This document shows positions 12,701 to 22,126 of a DNA stretch of 64,000 bases, piece after piece (position 1 is the first letter of the stretch; every line of letters starts with the position of its first letter). Where the stretch lies: IMG/VR virus record IMGVR_UViG_3300032293_002041, positions 164,973 to 228,972 of that record. One strand, written 5' to 3'. Below the pieces are notes generated by a model. That model saw only the letters and a list, made by a program, of their open reading frames with translations. It was not told where the DNA came from and searched no databases. The position numbers and the translations under genes were made by a program.

Positions 12701-15700
12701 TGTTTCCATTATAGTATGTTCTATTGTTTTGTTGTCTATTGTATGGTACGCAAAGATTTTGATTTACAGTTATAATTGGTAGGGTATAGAATGAAGATGC
12801 TATGCCAGTATCCATAATCCAATCAATACTTCTCGATAATGCTATTATTCCAGATGATGCAGAATAGCTGCTGATGTAGATGTATCTATCTGACCATCCA
12901 GATAATGATGAATATATTCTTTGATTCTGATATAGTGATAATCCTGTACTTGTAGTTAATATACTTTGTCCAGAATATACTGTTCCGTTAAATGATATTC
13001 CTGAAATAACTGAGTCTACTCTTACCGGTTGCTGGACACTACCGAGAGAAGAACATCCCAAAATCATATTCCTTTGTAAATTAAATACTTGTGCAGAGTC
13101 ACAGTCATAAAAAGAATTGTTTCCACTCACTATAGTTGAGTTAAAATTAAATCCATTTGTTGAATAAGATGCTCTGATTGGTTGCTCAAAATAGTCTGGT
13201 TTACTATTTTCTTTTAGGAGATAGTTTTGGTTATCATTAATAGTTATTTGATTTCCGGTAATTGCAAGAATGTCAAATAAGTTATTTTTAGGTTTGCGAT
13301 TACTATTGTTGTTTATACATGAATCGAACTGAACCGGTATTTGATTTAAGATTTTAGCATTTAGTATTTGATATCCATGATTTTTATCTAGGTTCAATAT
13401 CATACTGCCTGTAGATGACAGACCAGAATCTGGGTACCACGATAAATTATTAACCATAAAAGATGAAGTGCCATCGTATCCGCTAAAAAATGTATGAGCA
13501 GTGTCTGTGGGAATGTCTCCTTGATTAGTGCTAGTATAATTTATAAATATACTATCTTCATTAGATTCTATATTAGTATGCTGATCAGGACTAATAATAA
13601 TATCATTACATCCGGCTTCAGTATAAAAAGAAACAATTCCTGTAACGTAATGACCCGTAGATGCTATGTATTGAGAAGTTTCAGAAGAAAATCCTTTAAT
13701 ATATGATTGTGATATAAAAGATGGGCATACACCAGACACATACCCACTTGCAAAATACTGAAATCCACTGGGATAATATTCGTCATTAGTAGGTAAAACG
13801 CCCGTATAGGTTATTAATCCAGATCGTGATGTTCCTTGATATCTTGTATCTAAAAGAATTCGCTTACCAATATTATTTATGGTGATAGCTGTATAAGTTA
13901 TTATTCCAGATAGTGATTCTCCTTGATATCTTGTGTCTAAAAGAATTCGCTTCCCAATATTATTTACAGTAATAGTCGTATTAATTCCAGTCCCAGTAAA
14001 GGGGATATCAAATATAAGAGAATTCTCTCCAGTATTAACAACCCTAGCCTCGTCATTCCATTCAGAAAGAGAAGATATAAATCTAACACCGGAGATATAT
14101 TGTAGATCTGGGGGTGTTATACCAGAAATGACATACGATCCACTGCTTACATATCCGGTAATCTCTACTACAGATTCTAAAATTCCAGTAACTGAAGCTA
14201 ATGATAGACCGCTAGTTGTCGATAATGGCATTCCGACAATGAGAGTATTGAGGTCGCCAAGTACTGAAGTACACTCACTTATTATATTACTATTATTAAT
14301 CAGTACTCCGCTAAATTTATTTGAAGCAGAATCCTGGTTTCCGCTAAAAACTATTCTATCAAATGTGATAAAATTCTGACCAGTATTAGCGACTCTCGAT
14401 TGATTATTCCATTCAGAAAGAGAAGACACAAACCTAATACCGGAAATATATTGTAGGTCTGGAAATGTCATACTAGCAACACAAAGACGATTTGATCCAC
14501 TACTTGTATATCCATTGATTTCTACTAGAGAATTTAAAATTCCCGTAATCGTAGCTGATGATAAACCGTTCGTTGCAGACAAAGACATTCCCGTATAGAT
14601 AGTATCTAGCCTACCCAGCAAGGTGGTTGTAGGATAGTACAGACTAAATGAAGCACATTCACTTATTATATTGCTATTATTAATTAACACTCCACTGAAA
14701 CTATTAGACGCAGTTTCAAATCTGAGATGAGGTGAATAGCCACCAGCCGTATCAAATTTTCCTATAACCGATCCTGATGGCATATTTTCTGATATAGTGA
14801 CTGCAGATAGGTTAAGATTTGTTATTTTTAATGGACTATCGTCATCAATTGACTGGATACTATAATTAAAAATATTTAAACCAGATTCATTAATATGTAT
14901 ATCAAAAATATCATATGCTGCTAGGACACTGTTATAAAAAACATTCACTTTTAGAGACAAAACACCAGTATCTGATAGAGACGGAGTTCCGCTAAATATT
15001 CTCTGTCCACCATTAAAACTAAGCCACGATGGTAATCCAGAATTATTGCTTAAACATCCAGAATAAGACTTGGATCCGGCAAAAGTTTCGTCACTGAAAG
15101 TCCCTGTGGGAACCATAAAGACCCAGGGTTCATCAACTGTCAAATATTGATCATCTATAGGGTTCATTAAAAATGGACTTTCATCCACATTTAATATTCC
15201 AATCGTAAATCGTTTTTCTAAAAATTGTGAAGACCTGTCGGTTGTTCTGACTCTAACGGTATAAGCAGACTTTGCTTCAAAATTAAACGATTCTCTAGCA
15301 ACTAAATAGTCTCCACTAATAGCGAAAGAAGCATTATCAGCATCTCCATAGCCGCAAACCAAAGAATATGAGAATGGTGTAGAAGGGAGTGTTATATTTT
15401 CTAAATATTTATTGTATATACTAAGAGTGCTAGTACCATCTTCGGACGGATATTGAGTATAGATACCATCATATTTTTTGAATCTAGTGGCCGATTTAGC
15501 GTATGTACCATTAAAACTTCTTTTATTATGTAATGTTAGTAGTCCTGAATTCAACGAACCAGGAGCTACCTTAACAGGTGTTCCGCTAAAGTTTTGTGGT
15601 ACTCCAGTAATTTTAAACGCTATTGTGGGTTGACCGCAATATGTTGCTGGATATGCCCCAGATATTCTGGTTAGTGCTTGTTGCCCATAACCATCGATAT

Positions 15701-18700
15701 TCACATATAGTTTTGAGCACGAACTTAGATAATGATCTGTGTATGAGTTGAAAGTTAAAACAGATGGACTATTGACACTAGAAGAATTAAATGTTCCGGT
15801 AAAAGGAACATTGAAAGTAACGCTTCCGCTAGTGAGCGCAACGATGATTCCTGTCTGTTCTGCTATAGTAGGGTATAATGACTCGTATGGTCTAAATCTA
15901 ACTTTCATACCAGTATGTAATATGGTCATCGCATTGAGTGGCATATTATACATATCAGGTGAATTTGTATATAGATATCCTCCAGAAATTATTATAGAGC
16001 CAGAGCTATCTATAAGTGATTTACTATTAGGATCTATGACTATTTCGTCTCCTGTTAGATACCCACTTGCAAAATTTTCACTAACTCTAAAATGATCTTG
16101 ATCAATAATATCTAAAACTGTATATTGTTTTGAGATTGGATTATGAAATAATCCCGATGAAAAAGTTAAGCTAGCTAAACATCCTGTTGTCATGCCGTGA
16201 TTATACGAAGTAACTTTAATTCTATAGTCATTAGAATTTTGTAAGAATGATCCACTAAATACTGGTTTTTCTATAGTAAGTATAGTATTTCCATCATTAG
16301 TTTTTACATAGCTACCAGTAGAGCTAATGAATTCTGGTATATATTTATATATTGAATCAATATTTTGTGCTGACACGCCAAAGGATTTGACTGGAGGAGC
16401 AGTTACTTCTAGGTTTTGAATAATAGTATTATCTGCCAGCTTATAGTGATAATAGTGTCTTCTCTGTTGTGAGTCGTTATATATCTCTTTTTTAGCATGA
16501 TTTTTAAGAGATGAAGTAACATTCACAGTTTGGGCTGGATTAGAAGGGTTTCTGAAAGTTGTATTCTTGATGATTCCACTATCAAAAACTACTAGAGCCG
16601 CACCTGTACCTGCTGCTTTGTTCATTAGAACTTCTAAAGAATAAGCAATTGTTTTATCTTTTGGTAAAATAATACTAGGACTCATATCTGTCCAGCTACC
16701 ATTTGTTTCTGAACTATTGAGACCTAATGCTATAGTTGAATATTGTCCTTGAGTTATAGTTTGTCCGTTATCAAATTCAGCAAAAGCACCAAAGCTTAAT
16801 TGATTTTCACTCCATGTATATCCATAATTACCGGCTGCTATTGATTTATTTTTAAGTGTTTTAGAACCATAGTTTAAGGCAACGCTATTATTACCAGAAA
16901 CAATATTATTTGTTCCCACAGCTAAGCTATTATTATTAAATACTTTATTACTAGTACCAATAGCTGCTGAGCTATTAACTAAAAATGAACCACTATTTGA
17001 TGATCCTATGTGTAAACTAGCATTATTTTCTATAATAATTGCAGTATCATCTGCTTTTTGTCTTATGATAGAATCACTAATTGTTCTACTAGGATCGCTA
17101 GTGCGATTATCAAACCGGGGTATATAGTCAGGTGTCCCATCTAAATTATCAAACTCAACTTTTTCATACGTGAACAATCCTGTCATATTACCAGCATCAG
17201 TGAAATAATCTGAATTACGACCATGCAATAAGTCAACATTAAGATTTTCAACCATCCTACTATTATTTCCAACGTTAATTGGAGCATTTGACTGTCCAGC
17301 GATAGGGGTGATAACTATCTGATCTCGAATTTGAATTCCATTAACAAATGTTTTAACCCCACTAATAACCTGGTTATCAGTTCTGCTAACATAAAGAGTA
17401 TCTGCTTTTCCTCTTAATAATATTACATTAATATCTCCGCTAACATTGTTGCTGATATAAATTGCATTTTGATCACCTCCATCAACATCTCCTATGAAGC
17501 CGTTTTCACCTCCACTAATTTCTCCACCACTACTACTAATATTTGTGATTAGCTTTAATTCTCTATCAGCTGGATAAAATGCTAATATTCCAGTTTTTGG
17601 GATAAATCCACCATACAAAAATGTGAATCCTCTAGGATCACTAGGAAGTATGGATGCTGAATTTGTTCCTATAGTTGGAAGATTATCTCTTATAGTTAAA
17701 TCATCTCCATTAAGATTCACGTCACCATTTACTGTAAATGATCCATTGATAGTATCTCCAGTTGTGCTAACAGGACGATATCCTAAAGAATATACAATAT
17801 CTCCATAGTTCATATTATCGCCAAGAGCGACCATGCCTCTATCATTAACATAAACTTTAGTATAAGTTCCTGGCTCAACTGAAGATGGTACAATATTAAG
17901 ATTTATAAATCCAGTTAGATTTCCTGCATTTGTAAAATATGAACTATTATTACCATCTAATAAATCTGCATCTAAACCTGAATCTTGTCCATCATTACCA
18001 GGATGCCAAGGAGTATATCCAAGAATACTAATAATATCAGATTGAGTTAAATTAGTCCCAGATACTACTCTGCCTTTATCGTCCGTAATGATCTTAGAGT
18101 AAGTGCCTGGTGTTCCGGTAACAGATAATGAGATAGAATTATTCTCAACCAGTATGTCTGATGATCCACCAATATTAAGAACAACTGAACCACTGGGCAG
18201 AGTTAAAGATCCTCCTCCTGTTAATCCTGATCCTGCCACTATATCTATTGTTGTTCCACTTAATAAGATTCTTCCAGTAGCCAATGGAAAAGATGTAATT
18301 TTAAAGCCATCATAGTATAATAATCTATTGCTATTAAAGGTTTGATTATTAGTTCCACCCTTATCTATTGGAACAACTCCGGTAATATTACCGATACTAA
18401 GTTCAACCTTGCGAACAATAGTGTCGTCTACAACTATTTGATTATATTCATTAATAGCAAGTCCACCACCAGCATTAATTCCTAAAGTAACTGTATTATC
18501 TACTAGCTCTCTATATAATCCAGAGCCACTAAAAACGCCAGTAACAGCGTTAGCATTAGAACTATTCAATAAATCTTCGAAAGTATAGTTAGAACTGGAT
18601 AATTTATTTCCATCATAATAAATAATATTTCCGCTACTAAACGAAGTATTATTTGTTCCTCCGCTATTAATAGGTAAAATCTCAAAAGATACTCCGTCTT

Positions 18701-18896
18701 GCCCTGCTGGTCCAGCCGGACCTTGTGCTCCAGTATCTCCCTGCGGACCTTTCTCTATGGAAACTAGATTTAATCTATTGAATCTAGTATCAGATATGAT
18801 TACATTGGTGGTTATAACACTTTCTGGGTCTCTTTCTTGTGTTATGACCAGATATTTTAATGGCTGAATTTCTTCTTCTACTCTTACTATGCTCAT
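6711..18896 (-). CDS. Giant (4061 aa) tail fibre/adhesin with collagen stretch, fibre repeats, YadA-like head repeats, cadherin and He_PIG/CADG-like Ig domains
   Basis: GPQGDTGAQGPAGPAG; DADLLDG; SAAIG...SLAVG...SVALN; FNFEAKSAYTVRVRTTD (cadherin); LPSWLSFN...FSGTP (CADG); LPPGLS. Confidence 0.75.
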   Translation of the reverse strand: MSIVRVEEEIQPLKYLVITQERDPESVITTNVIISDTRFNRLNLVSIEKGPQGDTGAQGPAGPAGQDGVSFEILPINSGGTNNTSFSSGNIIYYDGNKLSSSNYTFEDLLNSSNANAVTGVFSGSGLYRELVDNTVTLGINAGGGLAINEYNQIVVDDTIVRKVELSIGNITGVVPIDKGGTNNQTFNSNRLLYYDGFKITSFPLATGRILLSGTTIDIVAGSGLTGGGSLTLPSGSVVLNIGGSSDILVENNSISLSVTGTPGTYSKIITDDKGRVVSGTNLTQSDIISILGYTPWHPGNDGQDSGLDADLLDGNNSSYFTNAGNLTGFINLNIVPSSVEPGTYTKVYVNDRGMVALGDNMNYGDIVYSLGYRPVSTTGDTINGSFTVNGDVNLNGDDLTIRDNLPTIGTNSASILPSDPRGFTFLYGGFIPKTGILAFYPADRELKLITNISSSGGEISGGENGFIGDVDGGDQNAIYISNNVSGDINVILLRGKADTLYVSRTDNQVISGVKTFVNGIQIRDQIVITPIAGQSNAPINVGNNSRMVENLNVDLLHGRNSDYFTDAGNMTGLFTYEKVEFDNLDGTPDYIPRFDNRTSDPSRTISDSIIRQKADDTAIIIENNASLHIGSSNSGSFLVNSSAAIGTSNKVFNNNSLAVGTNNIVSGNNSVALNYGSKTLKNKSIAAGNYGYTWSENQLSFGAFAEFDNGQTITQGQYSTIALGLNSSETNGSWTDMSPSIILPKDKTIAYSLEVLMNKAAGTGAALVVFDSGIIKNTTFRNPSNPAQTVNVTSSLKNHAKKEIYNDSQQRRHYYHYKLADNTIIQNLEVTAPPVKSFGVSAQNIDSIYKYIPEFISSTGSYVKTNDGNTILTIEKPVFSGSFLQNSNDYRIKVTSYNHGMTTGCLASLTFSSGLFHNPISKQYTVLDIIDQDHFRVSENFASGYLTGDEIVIDPNSKSLIDSSGSIIISGGYLYTNSPDMYNMPLNAMTILHTGMKVRFRPYESLYPTIAEQTGIIVALTSGSVTFNVPFTGTFNSSSVNSPSVLTFNSYTDHYLSSCSKLYVNIDGYGQQALTRISGAYPATYCGQPTIAFKITGVPQNFSGTPVKVAPGSLNSGLLTLHNKRSFNGTYAKSATRFKKYDGIYTQYPSEDGTSTLSIYNKYLENITLPSTPFSYSLVCGYGDADNASFAISGDYLVARESFNFEAKSAYTVRVRTTDRSSQFLEKRFTIGILNVDESPFLMNPIDDQYLTVDEPWVFMVPTGTFSDETFAGSKSYSGCLSNNSGLPSWLSFNGGQRIFSGTPSLSDTGVLSLKVNVFYNSVLAAYDIFDIHINESGLNIFNYSIQSIDDDSPLKITNLNLSAVTISENMPSGSVIGKFDTAGGYSPHLRFETASNSFSGVLINNSNIISECASFSLYYPTTTLLGRLDTIYTGMSLSATNGLSSATITGILNSLVEINGYTSSGSNRLCVASMTFPDLQYISGIRFVSSLSEWNNQSRVANTGQNFITFDRIVFSGNQDSASNKFSGVLINNSNIISECTSVLGDLNTLIVGMPLSTTSGLSLASVTGILESVVEITGYVSSGSYVISGITPPDLQYISGVRFISSLSEWNDEARVVNTGENSLIFDIPFTGTGINTTITVNNIGKRILLDTRYQGESLSGIITYTAITINNIGKRILLDTRYQGTSRSGLITYTGVLPTNDEYYPSGFQYFASGYVSGVCPSFISQSYIKGFSSETSQYIASTGHYVTGIVSFYTEAGCNDIIISPDQHTNIESNEDSIFINYTSTNQGDIPTDTAHTFFSGYDGTSSFMVNNLSWYPDSGLSSTGSMILNLDKNHGYQILNAKILNQIPVQFDSCINNNSNRKPKNNLFDILAITGNQITINDNQNYLLKENSKPDYFEQPIRASYSTNGFNFNSTIVSGNNSFYDCDSAQVFNLQRNMILGCSSLGSVQQPVRVDSVISGISFNGTVYSGQSILTTSTGLSLYQNQRIYSSLSGWSDRYIYISSYSASSGIIALSRSIDWIMDTGIASSFYTLPIITVNQNLCVPYNRQQNNRTYYNGNIIIINGLSTPKAYLNADDQIKITTFNGSNNFNTNSISQYCQILRINASQTLFSGIAMNGSKNIEPLNQDGNDLYRRNQYRYSDSFGLAWDTELPNVGSLSFIGSCSGFCNIPYFNNIYYHSYGGSTAEWPMDNDGNFVSAPKTGVFTIGVGSSSCQSGTICINIKGFENTDFNNISDIIDRSNIGKTSNITNDNKGYIRPWGTNKKFYFDFSDGAPLLNGSYYITDKIDPYNFTITIPYNAAYFGVSGLVYIIDSDYNLKSNKNPNINNDFIVSNGSINVSGTDNSLFALGINSYNDQSKRWKHLIHLNNSSLPIYSGYTATLHNQINTQLLYLNPNNIEIIGLDYSLDYGQTYSSILESNSLDIPHTFSKPVYLRIQTKNGSEKWSQSLSKSAPRVNIFGIANYSIDNDNIIYNPIDKIWIINIIITDITEILSNRDMIIKVSDETGFDTVSKSINIQFIPQIREALPSYVYANGPDNWSLVYDIKYLPETYTITMSGFPGSSFTIGEDNDLSNDETKIIYGYPGSITGIYYPVLYLKDSVDNILSTSTGEIHILGPSQYAPSYQLNPVGLDDNIYLNIDNSSQSSSFYFYVPAAVNQEETSLTVTLAEAQNYYGVESINYEYSTADRYKVTVALTGNTGYYPNKNIGISIFQPVIDENSVITWTQYTYNKNINLTLYKNFQINTSALTQPLVYDKQEMWSIQFNLVNGILSHRSDIHPTVRLGNLPNIGTYENQPLEYSLNYTYDAINYRWNVEAIGKTDTFGKVTDNIGPKTINIYADDTQSVATRSVNLLFTQTEYLDNIQSTIYSVPNKAYQNTFDIKQADVDTYPSVTIPINLKENTINLSRYYRKYDPNFNLWEYSYSGEPIVDRWDIDIDISNTGTSLSSSQFSTITAKCKGIATDKIQAVGKLSLIELDSFSIGGLPIKITGISYPSYTIVEGSPWDITFKTIFGLENPNFPPTILLSGLPSMCSGYNPSIGLEQQNTCLQYRTWNPIDKSWNFKFKGLPLCGQEGIKPFSILAIDTDTIQDIYLTSDKIGASILYTSLEDNGFSHTPPVIRISGSQQDQNPIQLSPLCNSPINISYIFGPTNRESCAIPTGITGWMVSGTLPPGLSYAISFSGGNPSAPWNNLSSGIITFTGNPTTFANGSLYSQQFGLKVFDARNKSTQRIFTFQDISSANPPSPLNLTVYFDDEKPKYTPIRNMVAGETVSPPQGTRPIDKGNYPNITTYWPPAYSGSLNCTSILPHNQCQTCEFYYSGGNYEELDYKVYLQFSRQLPISNISEGNNLYLEFDYNPTGNKNGFYSLKYSSPNYYVEVPGQTFTTGSGRLVRERKVENVPTYDLQKFNGSLDSNTTKSILGCGSFSNKTSFQILDESGYGLFGRMRPDYSASIPVSGIFSNSDASLTGLNIVQLNNQYTSGISNHIYTVKTYNCWETGYLRISGILLPAPIVELTDPAPASEAPFAYNNQQYYVGSRCAYGNTAEQRDLQDNKRDTTINYRITNLLTNSVYQNSQVGSNQAIAFNHSEAYGTVFSLFLNNNPATFPTYRYNALRYAQNEYFWIHKGGTKNGTITQNSFPPVMIDGIINNKISCLSGVSISGYEGILVGGYIPFNEYPIPVPYYQLPDNSNWTTLSYNPHATGFITKEIENINNPIALSYSHPGNTQPTNQYINISIGANTYGFASGDAVRITFAEDTIPPTSLLLEPVNFSGSFIRIPYNRGGSPAITNSQAYISYRSILLSIDDNTLTIKHKNIPFITGENVDITQGSISTCSNIAPYNYKTIVSSGDSSLLYVSFNGPNSVNYSGSLAVSGITQVNRIWSNQINIAEPTYSKEGYWLFSITGTPTGLYRDYSYKIISVENTGMPVFSGTSLTPKTYSRLYPLYINKPLKINLPQTVIDSGIVNNNGSWSLTFNTDGGLRPIYNNKPEVMINGEICNFNRQLSAPNMLDTYDASTDSWQIVLTNNTNFDWRNEESFELMIFDETGFDIKTINLL
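13805..13975 (-). repeat. In-frame 87-bp (29-aa) tandem duplication inside the giant fibre gene
   Basis: CCTTGATATCTTG(T/G)..TCTAAAAGAATTCGCTT.CCAATATTATTTA starts at 13834 and 13921; ITxNNIGKRILLDTRYQG twice. Confidence 0.9.
14000..14710 (-). repeat. Tandem duplication of about 117-128 aa inside the giant fibre gene
   Basis: FSGVLINNSNIISEC...PDLQYISG.RF.SSLSEWN..RV.NTG occurs twice; DNA anchor TTCAGAAAGA at 14061 and 14412. Confidence 0.85.
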
Positions 18897-19336
18897 GAGC
18901 TACACGTTCCACAATCATTCTGTACATTGCTATCACAACCAAAAACATCATCCCCTGGCACATTTCTTGAAATTAATCCTATATTTCCTTGAAGAATACG
19001 AAATATTTTTTTACCACCACCAGTATATAAATCATTAGGTTCTTGTAATTCAAAATCATATCTAGCAGATCCGAAGGAGTAGATAGCAGTTTGAGATGCT
19101 GGTATTTTTAGTATGATCTTACCGATCTTAGGATCAATAGTGAACTCATATTCTGCTGTTCTATTATTTGTTGAGAAAGTTCTTATGTTTGGTTGTGGTG
19201 CTTGGTCCTCTATCCATCTTATTCTAGCACACCAATTAGTAATATCTATTGGAATATTTTGATCATCTCTATATTCAAAAGCAATTACAAATGCTGTGCC
19301 TTTTTCTATAGTAAAATTATAGTCAGCTGCTGGCAT
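18893..19336 (-). CDS. BppU-N-like baseplate/fibre attachment protein (paralog of 32425..32832)
   Basis: YNFTIEKGT.F...YRD....IDITNWCAR...YDFELQEPNDLYTGGG. Confidence 0.55.
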   Translation of the reverse strand: MPAADYNFTIEKGTAFVIAFEYRDDQNIPIDITNWCARIRWIEDQAPQPNIRTFSTNNRTAEYEFTIDPKIGKIILKIPASQTAIYSFGSARYDFELQEPNDLYTGGGKKIFRILQGNIGLISRNVPGDDVFGCDSNVQNDCGTCSS

Positions 19337-19351
19337 GTTAATAGTCCTTGT

Positions 19352-19867
19352 TTATGAATAGAAAAATCTTGATCGATAGTCGTAATTCTGTATGTATCGT
19401 GGATCAAACTTATTGCCAACAAATGGGCTAAATACCGCCCTAATAGCCGTTGCTTCTTTAACGTCCCAGTGAGAAGTTAGTTCTTCGTATGCTGCACACG
19501 GGCCTTGCTCTATAATCATTTTAAGTCCAGCTAAACTACCGCCAACACTTAAACTAATCGGTCCTAGGGCAGCCCTGATGCCTTCCATAGCAGCTCTGGT
19601 TCTTAAGTTGCTTTGGTCAATAATGCAGGCGGTTTTCAAAGAAACTAGGCTAATGAAGATGCTGTCATCTAGTGTTGTTGGGTCTGGGGTGATTTGTGGG
19701 GTTACTACATTAACAGAATATTTATTATCTAATGATACGTCAAATTGGACATATTTAGCAGATACTGTGATAGCCTGTAGTAGTCTCTCGTCGCTAAAAA
19801 CTGGAGTTTCAGAATAATCGTCAATTAAAGTGCGTACAATAATTGGAATTTCAATAGACCAGCTCAT
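19352..19867 (-). CDS. Putative head-tail adaptor/neck protein
   Basis: VRTLIDD..E.PVFSDERL.Q motif typical of adaptors; context. Confidence 0.45.
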   Translation of the reverse strand: MSWSIEIPIIVRTLIDDYSETPVFSDERLLQAITVSAKYVQFDVSLDNKYSVNVVTPQITPDPTTLDDSIFISLVSLKTACIIDQSNLRTRAAMEGIRAALGPISLSVGGSLAGLKMIIEQGPCAAYEELTSHWDVKEATAIRAVFSPFVGNKFDPRYIQNYDYRSRFFYS

Positions 19868-19927
19868 AATTTGATCCTTTTATGGGTATTTGTGGCTGTT
19901 CTTTAATACACCCAACCACCACTTAAA

Positions 19928-20221
19928 TTAGCGAGGAATTACACTATTATTCGGTGGTCTAGAAAACATTAATCCCTGTAAAATTATAGATGGATTATTT
20001 CCAAGAATTTCTAAAACTCTATCCTCTATTTGTTTTTGAGTATAGTCACCAATAACGTCGTATTCTTGATCTTTCCATAAAACTAATGGAGTTAGATATG
20101 GGTCTATATGACACAGCACAGTTTTTTTAGAATTATGATCAACCACAATAAGATCCAGATGATCAATTTCCTGTATCGCCCCGACGTGGTTTGTGATAGT
20201 GATTTTATTAATTAGTTCCAT
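19928..20221 (-). CDS. Hypothetical protein
   Basis: 97-aa ORF with upstream GTGTAT motif. Confidence 0.6.
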   Translation of the reverse strand: MELINKITITNHVGAIQEIDHLDLIVVDHNSKKTVLCHIDPYLTPLVLWKDQEYDVIGDYTQKQIEDRVLEILGNNPSIILQGLMFSRPPNNSVIPR

Positions 20222-20281
20222 AATAGAGCTCCTTGTGACGATATATACACTTTGTACAAATAAATAGTGAGAGGTGTTTAA

Positions 20282-20599
20282 TTATATGACTGATGTTTCT
20301 ACCCATAAGCCAGTATTTTCATCCAAAGTGTATCCTTCGCCGGGATAAGGTGGAACAAAAGCGCCCTCTGGAAAATTTATGTCTTCACGGAAAATGTAAC
20401 CTACACCAGCATAATTTTTCCTATATGGTATTTCTCCATTTATATGTACTCCCTTTATAGTATTATATGATGTACGCTTGCAAACTTGATTTCTAATATT
20501 GGAATAGTAAATCTCCCAATCAAAATCTAAAGATTCATTATTTCCAACAATAACTTCTGTTACCACATTATTTTCATCTAAAAAAGCGTAGTGTGCCAT
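20282..20599 (-). CDS. Hypothetical protein of a type common next to Gly-rich fibre genes in aquatic phages
   Basis: MAHYAFLDENNVVTEVIVG...KRTSYNT...RKNYAG.GY. Confidence 0.6.
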   Translation of the reverse strand: MAHYAFLDENNVVTEVIVGNNESLDFDWEIYYSNIRNQVCKRTSYNTIKGVHINGEIPYRKNYAGVGYIFREDINFPEGAFVPPYPGEGYTLDENTGLWVETSVI

Positions 20600-20600
20600 A

Positions 20601-21473
20601 TTAATAAAAACTCACTGTGTCTGTTCCGGCGGTAATAGTCACTATTCTATCGCTACCAGAAATTGTTGATGAATACGTTAAACCCACGCCAATAATTATA
20701 TTTAAAGTTGAATTAAATTTTAAGATTACTACTCCAGACCCTCCAGAGCCTCCAGTAACATTGGTACTACCGCCACCGCCACCACCACCAGTATTTGTGC
20801 TTCCAGCACTACCATTAGTTTGACCTGTTGCCGATCCTCCTCTACCACCGCCCCCAGAGCCACCAACAGCAAAATTGCCAGCGTTTGCTGAACCTCCACC
20901 ACCACCGCCACCATATGTGGAGCCTGTGCTTGTAGAAACCTTGCCCGCTCCTCCTGCACCTCCGCGAGTTCCAGCCGCAGTGGCTCCAGCGGCAGCACCA
21001 GCGCCGCCTCCTCCACCAGAAAAACCGGCTGCTGTCCCAACGGTTCCAACGTTGCCCTGACCCACAGACAAGCCGGGACCATTGGTTGCATAGCCGCCAC
21101 CGCCAGAAGAACCGGGATATCCCGGTCCATAAAGACCGGCAGTAGCACTAGCTACAACTCGTGTTCCACCAGAACCACCACCAACGCTAATTATATTGGC
21201 AAATGTGGATGGTGAGCCAAGGCTAGCTCTCGTATCCTGTGCTGTACTCGCAGAGCCTCCAGCACCAATAGTAACGCTATAAGCTGTTCCAAGCGTAATA
21301 ATAACTGCTTGTTCTTGAACACCTCCACCTCCTCCACCAGCACCATAAAATCCACCACCGCCACCACCGCCAACAATCAATGCAGTAATACTAGTGGGTG
21401 CAGTAACACCATTAATACCATATGGTACTGAGGCTATTGTTGCATTTCCAATAGAATAAATACCTTGATTCAT
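20601..21473 (-). CDS. Glycine-rich domain virion protein
   Basis: ALIVGGGGGGG...YSVTIGAGG...NTGGGGGG...GGSGVVILKF. Confidence 0.75.
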   Translation of the reverse strand: MNQGIYSIGNATIASVPYGINGVTAPTSITALIVGGGGGGGFYGAGGGGGGVQEQAVIITLGTAYSVTIGAGGSASTAQDTRASLGSPSTFANIISVGGGSGGTRVVASATAGLYGPGYPGSSGGGGYATNGPGLSVGQGNVGTVGTAAGFSGGGGGAGAAAGATAAGTRGGAGGAGKVSTSTGSTYGGGGGGGSANAGNFAVGGSGGGGRGGSATGQTNGSAGSTNTGGGGGGGSTNVTGGSGGSGVVILKFNSTLNIIIGVGLTYSSTISGSDRIVTITAGTDTVSFY

Positions 21474-21856
21474 TATAGATCTGCCCCAAGTGCTGTAACG
21501 TGAGTTGCCTGAGATACTGACGTTGTTACTCTAACTGACCAAGAATTGCTCGGTAAAATCAAATTATTATATGTGGTGCTTACTCTAGTTTGTTGAACAG
21601 TAGCTGATCCTGTCGCTGCGGCTACTGTAACTTCATCAAATAGCCAGTAAGTTGTTCCGTCATGTAAAAATATTCTAACAATAGCAGCAGCACTAGTTGC
21701 TGCACATTTTACTATTATTTCTGCTATTCTCGTACCTGTGCTAGATCCTGTTATTAATGTTCCAACATTCGTTGGTGCTGTATAACTAGAATCTGCTGTT
21801 GCTATTGAAACTGCTGTCATTCTTGGAGTGACCGCAAAAACCGGACTAGCTGCCAT
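21473..21856 (-). CDS. Hypothetical virion protein
   Basis: 127-aa beta-rich ORF coupled to the next gene. Confidence 0.6.
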   Translation of the reverse strand: MAASPVFAVTPRMTAVSIATADSSYTAPTNVGTLITGSSTGTRIAEIIVKCAATSAAAIVRIFLHDGTTYWLFDEVTVAAATGSATVQQTRVSTTYNNLILPSNSWSVRVTTSVSQATHVTALGADL

Positions 21857-21865
21857 AATATTCTC

Positions 21866-22066
21866 CTATCTGAAATTAGACCACAAGTAAAGATTACTAC
21901 TATTTATTATATTAAGAGTGTTGGTTGGTGTCAAATTATTAGAACCAACTGTAAGATTATTAGTAAATGATCCGCTAGGAGCAGTTAATGGCCCACTAAC
22001 ATTAGTATTAACTCCACTAACGTTTATGTTTTGGGCTAGTATTGAATTATCGTATGCTTTTGTCAT
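21866..22066 (-). CDS. Small hypothetical fibre-associated protein
   Basis: 66-aa ORF, co-oriented, fills the gap. Confidence 0.55.
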   Translation of the reverse strand: MTKAYDNSILAQNINVSGVNTNVSGPLTAPSGSFTNNLTVGSNNLTPTNTLNIINSSNLYLWSNFR

Positions 22067-22126
22067 TTTATGTATTGATTGTTAAAGTATAGGTTTTTGA
22101 GGAACTCGACGAGTTGTTTCATTGGG

